A stretch of DNA of 64,000 nucleotides. It comes from Iphione sp. A-MEVVRFRX5 (Eukaryota). Position 1 is the first letter of the stretch. Each line of letters begins with the position of its first letter. The translations under genes and the position numbers were made by a program. This document shows, one piece after another, positions 33,689 to 46,397 of this stretch. A model generated the notes under the pieces. It was not told the origin of the DNA. It saw only the letters and a list, made by a program, of their open reading frames with translations, and did not search any database. The stretch spans positions 32,364,001 to 32,428,000 of the forward strand of contig OZ320322.1 of NCBI GenBank assembly GCA_976226885.1. The letters are read 5' to 3'.

Positions 33689-35599
33689 CTATGTATTATG
33701 TTTTCTCGACAGTGCTGTGTAACTGCCTGGGACACTAACAAAGATACCATTTCAGCTTCTCAAGATTTTTTAATAACAGGTTAAAAACAACATCAAACCT
33801 TAAAACTCAAACTTTAAAAAAAACTTCTTATACAAATTTCGACAGAAATAGTGCCGTTTCATGCAAGAACATGGATTCCCATGTATGTTTACGGGAATTG
33901 ATTTACAGATATGCTCCTGATTATCAGGTTGGTCTATTCAATAGCACATCAAAGTATACCGCCCGAAACAAATGGAGTAGCAGTATAAATGTGAAGATTA
34001 CTACGTGAAACAATATAAATATAATTATCTCGAATCATCTGTATGCACTGTGCCCATATGTGTTACATGTGTGATGTATATATATAACCTTTATAATTAT
34101 AGGAACTTGTCAAAGTACAGAGACAGACATTGACAGGAAGAGGTATAGCTCTGATTATTATGATAGGCCTTGCATGGGGGAGGAACCTAAAAACACGGTA
34201 GATATCCGGCGAACATCCGGGCCTTGGGCGCCAAATAATGAGCTAAATGAGCAGCTCAAGCTCTCAATATAGGCCCCAACAAAGTCATCGTGTTTACGTG
34301 ATAATTATCGTGTTAGTACTGAATTTACCATATCATAATATATCTCCGCTTCAAGTACAAAACATATACACGTACCCTGGAAAGCTATTTTATAAATTTA
34401 TCTCCTGGCCAACCATGCTTCCTTATTCCCGAGCGCTATTGTCTTCACCAGTTATTTGACTATCGTGTTTCGTCATGACTTTAACATGTTATACATATAC
34501 ATGTACTTTGGATAAAAAGCTACAGATTCATGGTTTGTTTTCCAACTTTGCTTCCATCTGACAACTACAAGAAGTAAACATGCCACATTGAAGATGTAAC
34601 GAGGACATTTGGGTGAAAAGTGAGTCAGATAAAGACTAGAACAAATGCCAGTCAGTCCCCCGGGAGGATGCGGAGGGGCAAGCCGAGATGGGGCTGGAAA
34701 GAGTCGGGGCTATATTTATGAATCACAGAGGGAATGAACATTTGCCAACCAGAGACAGAACTTGTCAAGGACGATTCAAATGGGAAAATGGAGAGGGGGG
34801 CTGAGAAACGGGGTGAGTGGGGCCGTAGTTACATCATAGAAGGAGTGAACGTTTGCCAATCTGAGACAAAAAGGTGAACTACATCTGAGACTGTTTCTTA
34901 TTCCGATCTGCTTTAGTCTCCTTCCCTTTCAAACGTAACAGGTATTTTGCTTTCATAACCCTTCTCTCTCCACCTTTTGTTCAGTCTCACATCTCGTGCG
35001 TTCCTCTTCGTCCCTAAGTTTCTCTCTCCCTGAATCTGTCTTTTTCTGTCCCCTTTTCCCTCTAGCTCTTTTATTTCTTCGATCTGAAGGATTCAAATTT
35101 GGACTTGTTCATATTTGGAGCGATAAACATAGATAAAATGGGATATTAGCAATTAAAACATACGAATAGTAAGAATCTTGCCGTCTGTTTCAGGTCTTAG
35201 CATCAACCCATTCTGCCTAAAAGCTGAAACATCGCTATTATTGTTAGTGTTTCCAGATGGCGTCTTACTTTTTCAGTTGATGTTTTTGTAAGTTGCTTGA
35301 CGTCACCGAGATACTGCAACATAAGCAATGCCTTAAAAAGAATCATATTCATGACCCAAAATATAACACATAAGGAAAAAGCAGTGAACCAAAGTAGCAT
35401 AGGCTTGGCCAAATATAATATAGAAAAAGTTACCTGGTTTTTTTTATGAAAAGCTGGATTAGAAATGCCTTGGTTCTGACCAATAATGTATAGAGAACGT
35501 GTACCCCTCTCTATATCCCCCAACACCACACACAAACACAAACGGTGCAAGGACACCGCAACCCTTACACCCACCCTCCCCTTCCTCCGTACGGCTCAG

Positions 35600-35800
35600 C
35601 AGACAAGCCCTGCGCGTGCGTGCGCACTTGGCCGCAGTGACTGCGCAGGGCAATAAATCACGTGACATTTAATTGATCTCAGTGGCGGCGAGAACGAGGC
35701 CGAATGGAGCATTTGAGCAGCCGCAAGTCCTGCCCGCCCTCTACTGGAGCCAACATGAACCAATGAATAGCCCTCACCCACGCCAGGACCGATCAGCAGC
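35600..35800. promoter_or_regulatory. GC/CpG-rich promoter-like motif cluster
   Basis: NRF1-like TGCGCGTGCG/GCGTGCGCA, E-box TCACGTGAC and CCAAT within ~200 bp. Motif-level evidence only. Confidence 0.35.
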
Positions 35801-38800
35801 CAGCTCCAGCTGGATCGATACTGTTTAATTCATTTGTCACTGTATAATTGGCCGGCGAGAACGGTATGAGGGCGGCTCATATAGGTAGAGTTGGCGATAA
35901 TTGAGGTAAAATGACTAAGTGGCTTGCTTAATTTGGCGTTCAGCATTTCACGCCAGAGGAACTGCTTACCTTCATAGCTTCGAAAACGACAATTACAGAT
36001 TGACCAGAAAAAGTCAGTTTTAGTGGATGGTTTTCACTCGGTAGTTCCATCCGTCGATATCATCGCATTGCAGCCCGAAGGACCATTTCATAAAGTCTCT
36101 GCTCGACTTGCCCTGTCGATGGATTTAGCTGTGAGCACGGTATTGCCTGTCAGGAGGACATTAGGCTGGATGGAGTAGGAGCCACATTCAGCTTGGTAAA
36201 CGTGTTGTTATTGTTATGTGCTCAGGTCTGTCGACTCTAATGGCTGCCCTTCGTGTATATCCACAGTTAGTCTGGCCCAATTTCCGGCCCACTGACCTAG
36301 AGATTGTAAAGAGGAAGCTGAAGGAGGATTGCGATGTGGCCCCACCAATCAAACTTCCTTACTGAACCGTGTGTGGCGAAGGAGAGATAAAGTTCAGAGA
36401 GTATCTGCAAACACAACGCATGGCCACAGAGTCTTCTATCTTGTTTGTTCACTCTGGGCTTTATGGAGGAGAAGAGGACACATAACCTACCACGCGTTTA
36501 AAAATCTCCCGAGAGAATGTTACCTTGTGGGTCTCAGCTGTTTTTAGCGGGGTGGCTCCACCCTGTAGGAATTAGTGGAAGTTTTACATATGGACAATCT
36601 CTTGTAATGAAAATGACCCACGCATTTATATAAATGAGGGGCGTGTATGGGCGTTATCTATTCCGACTACAAGGAGACCCAATTTTCATTCAGTGTACAT
36701 GTGAAAGATCCACCTTTGATCTTAGGATCTTCTCAAACTGTGACAATCGATATAGATTTTATACAAAGCACACATGATGAAAGCAAAGACAGTCTTTTAA
36801 CAACGATGTATCATTACTATGGCCATATTGAGGTTCTCCAAGTACATGTATATGCTTGGCAAGGTAGTCTAGTCATGATGCAGTGGCCCAGTTATGATTT
36901 CAAAGGGAAATCTAGTGTTTAGTTCAAAGGAGTTAATCCCTTATTTAGGTGTTGACCTTGGCCTGGTCCTTGCCTGGCCTCAGATGGCAGAATTGTGGCG
37001 ATATGTTGGTCATCACATACAATGTAAAACTCAGACGTGTGGCAAGACTGGAAAAGGCAGACCAGATCTCAACAAAACATTTTTTGTGATATCCTTATTC
37101 TTTGTGAAAGCGCCAGGTCTGTTAACACGACCTCGGAGTTTGTCGAGCAGATGCCGCGTTGCCTCTCGCCACATTTACTCCATTAGTGGATGACTGTACA
37201 ACAATCAAATCCCCCCACTGTGTCTCTGATGAGACTGTCAAAGTCACAGACAAGCTTTGAAAATTATTACAGCATAAACACTTACTTAGTTAAATGACAT
37301 CAGAAAAGGGTCTATACTCTTAGTGCCTTGTAAGTCGCTTCTCTCAATTATATTATCTCAATTATGTAGCCACACAAAGACGTTCATTATTTAAAGTAGT
37401 GATGTAAACATAATGTAACATTTTGCAATCATATCCGTGAAGGTCTTTGCCAGTAAATAGGATACTCGGAGGAAGGTTAATAGAATATATCCATTCCAAT
37501 GAACAGGATGGATATACACATGATAATAAAAAGTATGTCGGTCAATGAATTCAGATTTACCCGTCATAAACCTGACATGGGTTCAAGACCTAGACCAACC
37601 CGTTCAGACATTTGTCGGTCACGAAATAGCTAAATTTATATTCCGCAAACATCCCAACTTGGCCACCATCCACGAGAAATTAAGGAGTAATGAAGAAAGG
37701 GGAAAAAGAATCAAGAACATGAAAAAAACGTTCCGAAAAGTGGCATTTCTTTCTGTCGCCTTTCTTGTCGAGCCATAGCTCACTTATCTAGGCACTTCTG
37801 TTGGTGGCAATGCTGCTCGGTAGCGCGACATATCTAGATCCGAGAGCCGCGTTATGAACTATTGCAGGCAATGGGTTAAATCCTACCTTTGGCCCTCCCG
37901 GATTCTGAGGGATCGAGATAAGAGGGGCCCCGGCGAAGTGCGCTTCCTCTATAGTGCGGTCTGGGCTGTGTCGTACTAGAGCCCGTCACTGTACTGTATG
38001 ATAATCGTACCCATTTAACAAATATCGTGGGCATTTGGTCTTCAGGAATGCCAGTGCATTCGGTTTATAGTGGCTTGGCAGAGTAAGGCGTTCTCCGTAT
38101 TACATTCAGACGGGTACTCTTTGTGTTTTGAGCTCTACTATGGAGTAGCAGTATAAATGCGGTCTCGTTCAAAAATAATTCCCATACTCAACTCGTACGG
38201 CCGTTTGTATTTTCACCATGTCTACAATTTCTCTTAGTATGCGTGATTAAACGTGCAAGCTAAACTTGAAATAGCGGGAAAATTCAAATTTGTCACAATA
38301 AAATGGGTCTGGTTGATCTGGCAATTGGCATCGGTTAACTAGGCGGGACAGGAGTACCCATTTAAAAAATACGTTTAGCTTCTGATAACCAGTTTACTTC
38401 TTTTGGGATACGGGCGGACCCGGCGTAGGGTTTCAATGTTACATACCCCAAGGCAATAAACGATCAGTGGAAATCAAGGTGAAAGGTTCTAAAATATACC
38501 AAATGATAAACAATCCTAAGTAATCATAAATCCATTTCCCTAAATTTTATATGGATTATGTTTGCTAAATTTGAAAGTTCTGGATATCGTGCCTCAGGTG
38601 AACGAACCATTGCGAAAAGACGAAGCAAAAGACGGCACTGCACACGGATTTCCTTATGGCATACAGGTGGGTGTCTCGCCATCACTTAACGGTTTGTAAA
38701 CCAAATATTTGTCTGCCAAATGGTTATAACTTTCCATTACAATATTTTGTTCAAATTCTTTGTTACCAGTTGCCGAAGCGAAGTTTTAATTAAGTGAATT

Positions 38801-38989
38801 AAATCAGCTGTAACATGAAAACTCCTTTACTGGGCTTTGTGCTCGTTACCAGGCGACACTGTTTAAGAGATTCCGACAACACAACAGGTCTTGAACCAAG
38901 GCTCTTTCTTAGAGCAGGCAAACATGACACCACATTGGGCAAATTTCCAGCCCTCAAGCCCAGTTAAGGCTTAATTTCCATGTTAATGT

Positions 38990-39800
38990 GTCTCCATGTA
39001 GTGCGCCCCTGCGTATTTTGGGGAAAATAAAATTGCAGCAGCAAGAATCAATCCACGTATCCATGTAACATGTTTTCATGGATGTGCCACCATGTTTTGG
39101 ACATTATGCTTACGAACCCTTGTGTAAACGGCAAACACACTCCGAGCACACTAGACAGATGGTGTTTCAGTGGTTTGGGAAAATACATGGTCAAGAATGT
39201 CTGTGGTTTAGGTCCGGTTTCCATACATGCGGTGATGTCCGTCAGCATTTCTATGCATTTCTGTGTGCCATTAATGGTTTATAGAGAAACAGTGAGATGG
39301 TTTCCATACCTGTGGCAGCTGCCCATGTACATTGACATGCATTGCCTGCTTTTGGGTCAGGACCATAAATTTCCTGCAAACGCATGTCAACCCATGTCAA
39401 TGCAGTGCTATTTCTCCATATTAATTGCTTCACAGCAGCTTCACATTTCTGCACAATTCTTCACTTCTTAGTGTGATTACCACACATTCCACATGTCAGT
39501 CTTTTTCTGCACTTTTTCCAGTCATTTTCGCCGATTTTCGCAGCTTTTAGCATCATATTCGTCCTTTTCTGCACTTTCCCTGTTATTTTCGACGATTTTC
39601 GCTGCTTCTAGCATCATTTCTGTCCTTTTCTGTCATTTTTCTGTTCATTCATGCACAACAACGCATGCACATTGATGGATACCCCTGTGCGTTCCCATGC
39701 AGGAAAAGCATAACGCACTGGAAACACATCCGGACCACTCATGTACTGTCATGCACATTGCCACATGTATGGAAACTGGGCAATCGCACCACTTGTTAAC
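38990..39800. mobile_element. Non-autonomous DNA-transposon-like remnant
   Basis: TTTTCG/TTTTCTG repeat array at 39500-39650. Motif CA(T/G)GTATGGAAAC occurs in both orientations (~39218, ~39299, ~39763). Confidence 0.4.
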
Positions 39801-41938
39801 AAGACTTGACTGTCTCTGGAGAATGAAATGTTAGGAATGTAACCCAGTAAATTACTAGTGAACATCTTCTGGTCGTAATAAATGCATATGATATATGTAT
39901 TGTGCGAATACCTGCTCCATAGTCATACTAAATGCTGATGATGTAACGTCAGTCAACTGTTGGATTCTATTGGATGTTAATAGATGTACATGTGTAATAT
40001 GCACTGGGTGTTTGGGGTAGGGGGGTAACGCGATCACGAAGTATTGTGCACGCATGGAAGCTGCCGAACGTCTCCGTTGCCCTGGGGACATTTCTCCAGG
40101 CTCATACATAGTTCTCTCGTGAACGAGGTCAATTGTGTTTATGTAGAAATGTAAACTGATTGTATATCATCTGAAAATATAAAAGGATATGGACACACAT
40201 ACATAGAGAACATACAGTATACACACACATCGATATAGACGAAACGTTAAGGCATAAATATTACACTAATGCAAACATACGTGCACATATATACACCACA
40301 TATATACACACATAAGATGCATAGAAATGTAAATACATGCACACATACATGCGGCCAAACATGAATAGGTATAAAGCCTTATGTCCAAAAATAGAAACCA
40401 CGACGTAATTGATGTATCATGTTTATATACCATGAGACGCTCCATTTATGTGGCCAGGACGTGTTAAGAATCCGAAATTACTTGATCCCTAGTTTAAATG
40501 TGTCTTTTAACCACAGCGTGGTGTCCTATTATAGGGAATGATCAAACAATCCATAATGTGCCTCATTGTTGTTACAACGGTGCCAGTACAAACGATAGGA
40601 AATTGTACCACCCAGCGTACTTTATTCTCAGATAAAAACTAATTTTCTATAGGAAGGCAAATTGATGCCATCACAAGTGCGACCGGGAAGCTGTTTATAA
40701 TGGTCAGGGTGTGTGTTATTGTGCCTCGAAGGTGCTTAGTTTTATATCAACGTTACAACTGTATATATTTGAAAATTTTCTTACGATTGCTTATGATTTT
40801 AATTCCATTCTTCTTCTTGAGATGAACGAACCTATTTCATGTATGTGAGTGATAAATTTTTAAGGACAAACAAAAATGGATGAAGGCAAGCAAACATTGG
40901 ATGAGACAAACGAAACTTGACATATCTCCGTTACTGTCATGTCTCAGATACAAGGTTATTTGGTTTGCGCCGTGATGAAATGAACTAATAAACTAGCGAG
41001 TAAAGTTTCAATCTTAATATCGAAAGTTAGCCCTGGGCCATAGATCATCTTCCATTCGCAGATAGAGGAGGATGAACTATTCATAGGAGATGCGACATCA
41101 TTATAATGTATGTTCTCATATGTTACGTGCGAACTAGGTTAGCTAATACATGGGTATGTTTGGTGACGGCAGACTATAATATGAACAACTTATAATGGAA
41201 GCAACAAGGTCATTTCCTGACTAATTCAGGAGGGCAGACCAGAAATGAGAAAAACAGACGCCCTCTCAGAACTGAGAGCTGTCCTTTGCATGACAGTTAA
41301 TCATCTATTGTATGACAGAAAGCTGCTATTTATAGAGCTTTGTTATATATATATATGATAGCTGCTTTACCATTAGTTTAAAAAGATGATCTGTTAAAAA
41401 TGTGATGGAGGGTTTCTATATTATAGAAATTATGTATAAGAGAGAGAGCTGCTATGTGACACGGATTTGTTGTGAATAAGATAGAGGGTTGCTATATAAA
41501 AGAGGTTTCATTTCTGTGATATTACTCATTATAAAATGGTAGAACGTTAGGCCAAGGGATCCGGACACAACTTGACTGATCAGTGACCTTTTATCTTACC
41601 AGTTGCGAAAGTACAAGACTGGGGCCTGGGGGAGGAAATTCGAGATGGTCACTTTGGGGGCAAAGGTTTCCCGCAGCTACTGGTATGTTATTTTCATGTG
41701 GTGTCGCTAGACTTGTATGTGTCATTTCTTATGTTCTACTTCACTGCATGGTCCAGGAGGTTGAACATATGGGACACAACTACCTTGACCACTCAAAGAA
41801 GGGCCAAAGTGAATGTTTGGTCATAGGAGGCGTTAATAAACTGGACAGCACGATACAGAGACAGCATGATATTAAAGTATCCACGACAACAATCCGTTCA
41901 ACATTGACCGCCTAGGATTCCAAAGAAGGTTTTAAGGA

Positions 41939-43024
41939 GAGCATGTATTAAATTGTAGGACACATAGATTGACAAGACATAGTAGAGATTAATACTAACA
42001 CACTGACCATTGGTCAACTATTCTATATGTTGGTGAAAATATTTTGGATGCGATTGTACTAGCTGGTCAGTCTATCTTTCCCTCTAAACTAATATCTCTG
42101 GTGAGTATAACATAATGTTGAGAGCGATTGCCATAATAGTAAAAAATGGTTAATTAACACACCTGCCTTAGGACACAGGAGTAGAGCTCAGAGGAGGAGG
42201 ATATTCAACAATATGTTTAACCCCTTCCTAACCCCATAAGATGAAGGTTTGTGGAAAGGGAACTGTAGGTTGATATATTATGTTGAGCTGTAGGATTTGA
42301 TACAAGAGATTCTTAATAATGTTATATATCATGTTAAAGCTCTTGATTTGCATGTTATTTTAGAAACATTGTCATTTTATATTTTGGGTTGCCATGGCAA
42401 CAAGACAGGATTGAAAGTATTATATGATTTAGAACAAGTACATATAATTTACTCAAATTTACATTAGTGGCAGGCAAACATTGAAAAATATTGCTTTTAG
42501 AAGAAAACGTTCAGTTGAGAAAGTGTTCAGCAGGAGATTTCCAGTATTCTGATACTTAATTTGTCTCTGTAAGTGATCTGAAACACATTTTATCATGACC
42601 TGTAAGTATACATTTCTCATGAAAAAATAGTGGATAACCATGTGCATTTACATCACTGATCAAGATTTGATGCATCATGGGATAGTACTAAAATGGATAT
42701 AATTATGATTTATAGGAAAATATCAGCTCAAAATAACCTCTCATGAAAGAAATTGTGAGCATGTATTAAATTGTAGGACACATAGATTGACAAGACATAG
42801 TAGAGATTAGGACAGGCCTCAAACTTAATACTAACACACTGACCATTGGTCAACTATTCTATATGTCGGTGAAAATATTTTGGATGCGATTGTACTAGCT
42901 GGTCAGTCTATCTTACCCTCTAAACTAATATCTCTGGTGAGTAATAATGTTGAGAGCGATTGCCATAATTTACACACCTGCCTTAGGACACAGGAGTAGA
43001 GCTCAGAGGAGGAGGATATTCAAC
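41939..43024. repeat. ~270-bp direct duplication (41939-42209 and 42757-43024) flanking a ~550-bp spacer
   Basis: Near-identical GAGCATGTATTAAATTGTAGGACAC...GAGGAGGAGGATATTCAAC copies that differ mainly by short indels. Confidence 0.9.
42388..42401. promoter_or_regulatory. Perfect RFX X-box palindrome
   Basis: GTTGCCATGGCAAC. It sits inside a repeat-like spacer, so it may be TE-borne. Confidence 0.35.
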
Positions 43025-43239
43025 TGGAGACCGAAACAACATACAACGGAAAGCCACCTCAGAGACACGCCTCCAGTAGGAACATACCTCAAATAGAGAC
43101 AGTTTGGGGTAGAATGGACTGTATTTTCTACAGATTGTATGAAGTATCTAACAAGGACACATCTCCTTGAGGAAGAGTTTGGGGAAGAATGGGGACATTT
43201 TTAATGTACTAAACAGCAAGATTCAAAGGGAGAGAAGAG

Positions 43240-44150
43240 CTACTTGACAGTGGATAACAGATGAGACAAAAGAGAAAAAATACACTCCTGATTCAGCAAT
43301 GTTTCTCTATGAATATTTAAATATAGATCATAACATGATAGAGTGTGCTTGGCATTCTGTTTTCTTAATTTTGTGTTTAGAGCGAGACCTCTAGCGACGA
43401 CGACAGGACAAGGCTTTCGGTCACTCACTACTATTGTATTCATATAAAGAGGCACATTCCATGTTTATATCTTGTCTGAATAGTTTTCACGTATTCCGTT
43501 GGCTCAGAACGTTGTCTACTAGCAGATAGTCGATTCTGATGAATATTTTGTCACGCAGTGCCTGCAGAAGGTACCGACAGACGGAGACCAGGTGGATAAA
43601 TACCACACTGGCAAATTGCTGGAAGAGATTAGAATACTTACGCTCGCAAACATATTGGAAATGCGCCTGTACGTACATATTCTAAGTAGTCCTCTGCCAA
43701 AACCTATGTCCCATAAATATATGCTTTACTAATGAAATCCAATTTGACGCTCAATATGATTTTGGTCAATACAAATCACACCTAGTTATGTCTTCATTAG
43801 ATAACTATGATGCGCAGGTAACAGGTTTCCGGGTCATTATTGCATATATTCACGTTCAGGTTCAGCTGATTTCACTGTAGAATCAATATGTACCACCGTT
43901 CTGCATTTATTCGTCCATTCATGAAGAGAGCTTGAAGTTGGTCAGAAAAAAATTGAGAGTACTTTGCCCACATTTATTTGTACACACGTTGATGTACATG
44001 CATACCCAGACACTTCGGTTCCCTGTAAATATTCGGATAGTTGAGGCATCTGGATAATACAGGCAGGTTATCGCGTATCGTAGGCCATTGGTTCATGATT
44101 GCTCCTTTTGGATGCTGAAACATTCCACACGTACCTTTCCAGATAGGAGA
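43240..44150 (-). mobile_element. Decayed L1/Tx1-type endonuclease remnant
   Basis: Broken motifs in the expected order: VNICNNDPE (~VNIYAPN.D.P), LGDLY*PKS (~GGDFN..LDP), RIDYLLVD (~SRIDY.LVS), VSDRKP (~SDH.P), RGLALNTKL (~G.WKLNTSL). Confidence 0.5.
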
Positions 44151-46351
44151 ATTCTCACTGTATTTATATCTCTATATATGCACAGGGGCTCAGAGCTCAT
44201 TGAAGAGCTTCCTACGTAGAAGAGACAGGAGCTCTCTCTCTCTCTCTCTCAGCACATTTGGACTTTAATTTTCAGTCATCATTCACTAGTGTTCCATTTG
44301 TCAACGAAATGACACTGTTCCTATGCTTCCTGCCAATATATATAACCAGGCTTTACGTCGTAGCGCATGCGCTGATGGAAACCTGTTCACTCCCACACAA
44401 TCTATTGCCTCCCATAACAAAATATAATCACTTCCTCTTCTCAACATACGTTCCATGTATTACTGGTGCCTTGCAAGTATAGACAATATTTTACGTAGAC
44501 ATGTAATTGGATACCGAAGGGGCATCTTTTTGCTTTGTGAAGTATTGTATAATAGATTCGTTCGTCATCAGAAAAAGGGCCTTGCCTGGTGACATCCTTA
44601 TTATCTTCCATGGTATGCGAACAGCTTTCACATAATGAATAAGGAGAAGAGCTCATTATTCCGAAGTTCTCGTTCAAAATCAGTCTCAAGTTTAAATTAC
44701 CAAAATCAGTTTCAAGTTTAAAATACCAAACACAATAGCTAGCATTGGTGTTCCTGAACAGCATGGGCTAATTTCTGTTTTTATATCCTATCCAGCTACC
44801 CTAGTTGGAGAGGCCACTGTAAAATGACTAATCACATGTATAGCAAGACCAAAATTAATTATTTCTGTTACAGTTACGAAATTTGCTATTATTTCTTTTC
44901 CATAATACTCGCTTAAATGAAACAGGCCGAATCTGACACATTAGTATGAATGAAATACGAAGCTACTACTTTCGGTAGTGGCAATTTCTCTGATATAACT
45001 TAAAACCACATACACAGACTACCATGCCGCCTGTTCACTACACATACGGCCTTCCCATTGAGAAGCCTATGCTGCTATAAAAACAACTACAGTGATAGCT
45101 AATCCACACCTCCTGGCATGGGCTGTACGCAGTATTGGCCATTCACTGCCAACTGTCGGCTCTTCCTATTATTTATCATTAACAACTGACTTGGCTCCAC
45201 CTACCGGTAGTTGTGGCAATCTGCCACCTTGACATATGACACAGGTTGAGGCCCCAATAGAGGGCAATCGAGATTTGCTCGCCTCCCACCACCCCCGCCT
45301 CCAGCCCGCTATCGTATCCACAAGTATGAGTATTTTATAAGGAGTGTAAATCGTCGATTTCTTCCGTGTGGATAATTACGTTTTGGCCTGGTGAATTCCG
45401 TGTAAAATAATTTATCATTATACCTGGGTGGTACTTCACCCGAAGGTGTTGGTAAGCCTTGATACCAAACTGTATACATATGTATTGCTCTTTGTATTCG
45501 ATACCAATCAAGTAATGAATATGTTCTCTCCATCTCAATACCTTGTATACTATCTCGGCGAAGGTGTATGTGAAAGTGAGAAAGGATGCTCGTTTGTCAT
45601 GTGTTGCAGTTGATTGCAGAGTGGGTGCTTTCGGGGAACAATACGTTTAGACCAAACCTGCAATATCAGCAGTAACCAAATGAAGAACATTCTATAGTAG
45701 TTTTATTGTTAGATATTTTTTACTGAGCTCTATGCACTCCAGCCTCTCACCTTATTGCTCCAGTAGCTAATTCCTCAGCCTCCAGTCTTCCAGTTCGTAG
45801 CTCCTTGCTGCCAATCCTCTATTCCCAAAGTCCCTTTCCCCCATTTTCTATTTTTCAGGCTAGTTGCCCCAGCTCTAGCACTTACGTCTCGGTCCCCACC
45901 CAGTTCCCTGCTGTCAGTTTATTCGCTTCCAGCTGCATATCTTCCACTTCCCAACCCACAGTTTGTAGTTCCCTGATCCTCAATCTGCCCTTCCCCAGTC
46001 CCCTGCAGCCTCCACTTCCCCCTGGTCCCCAACCAGAACCACTCACGACCCATACCTCCCGTGCCGTTAGTGCTACCGTTGACAGTAATAGGCGATAATG
46101 GTGGTAATTGGTGGTGCTATTACCGGTAATAATTGGAAGAAATGGTGCAAAGTGGTGCATCTTGAGGCAGACTGATGTACATTGATCAGTTTGGCGCCGG
46201 CCGCCCCCAGCACAGCCTCACACGCCCGTTAGGGAGATGGTCATGAGGATGAGAGGATGGTTAGCAGTGCTTATCTGTTTATGCTTTGGTGGATGTTTCT
46301 AAATGGCCATATTCTGTCTCCCGCACGCTTTGCTTGTTTCCCCTATTCCAT

Positions 46352-46397
<46 letters not shown>

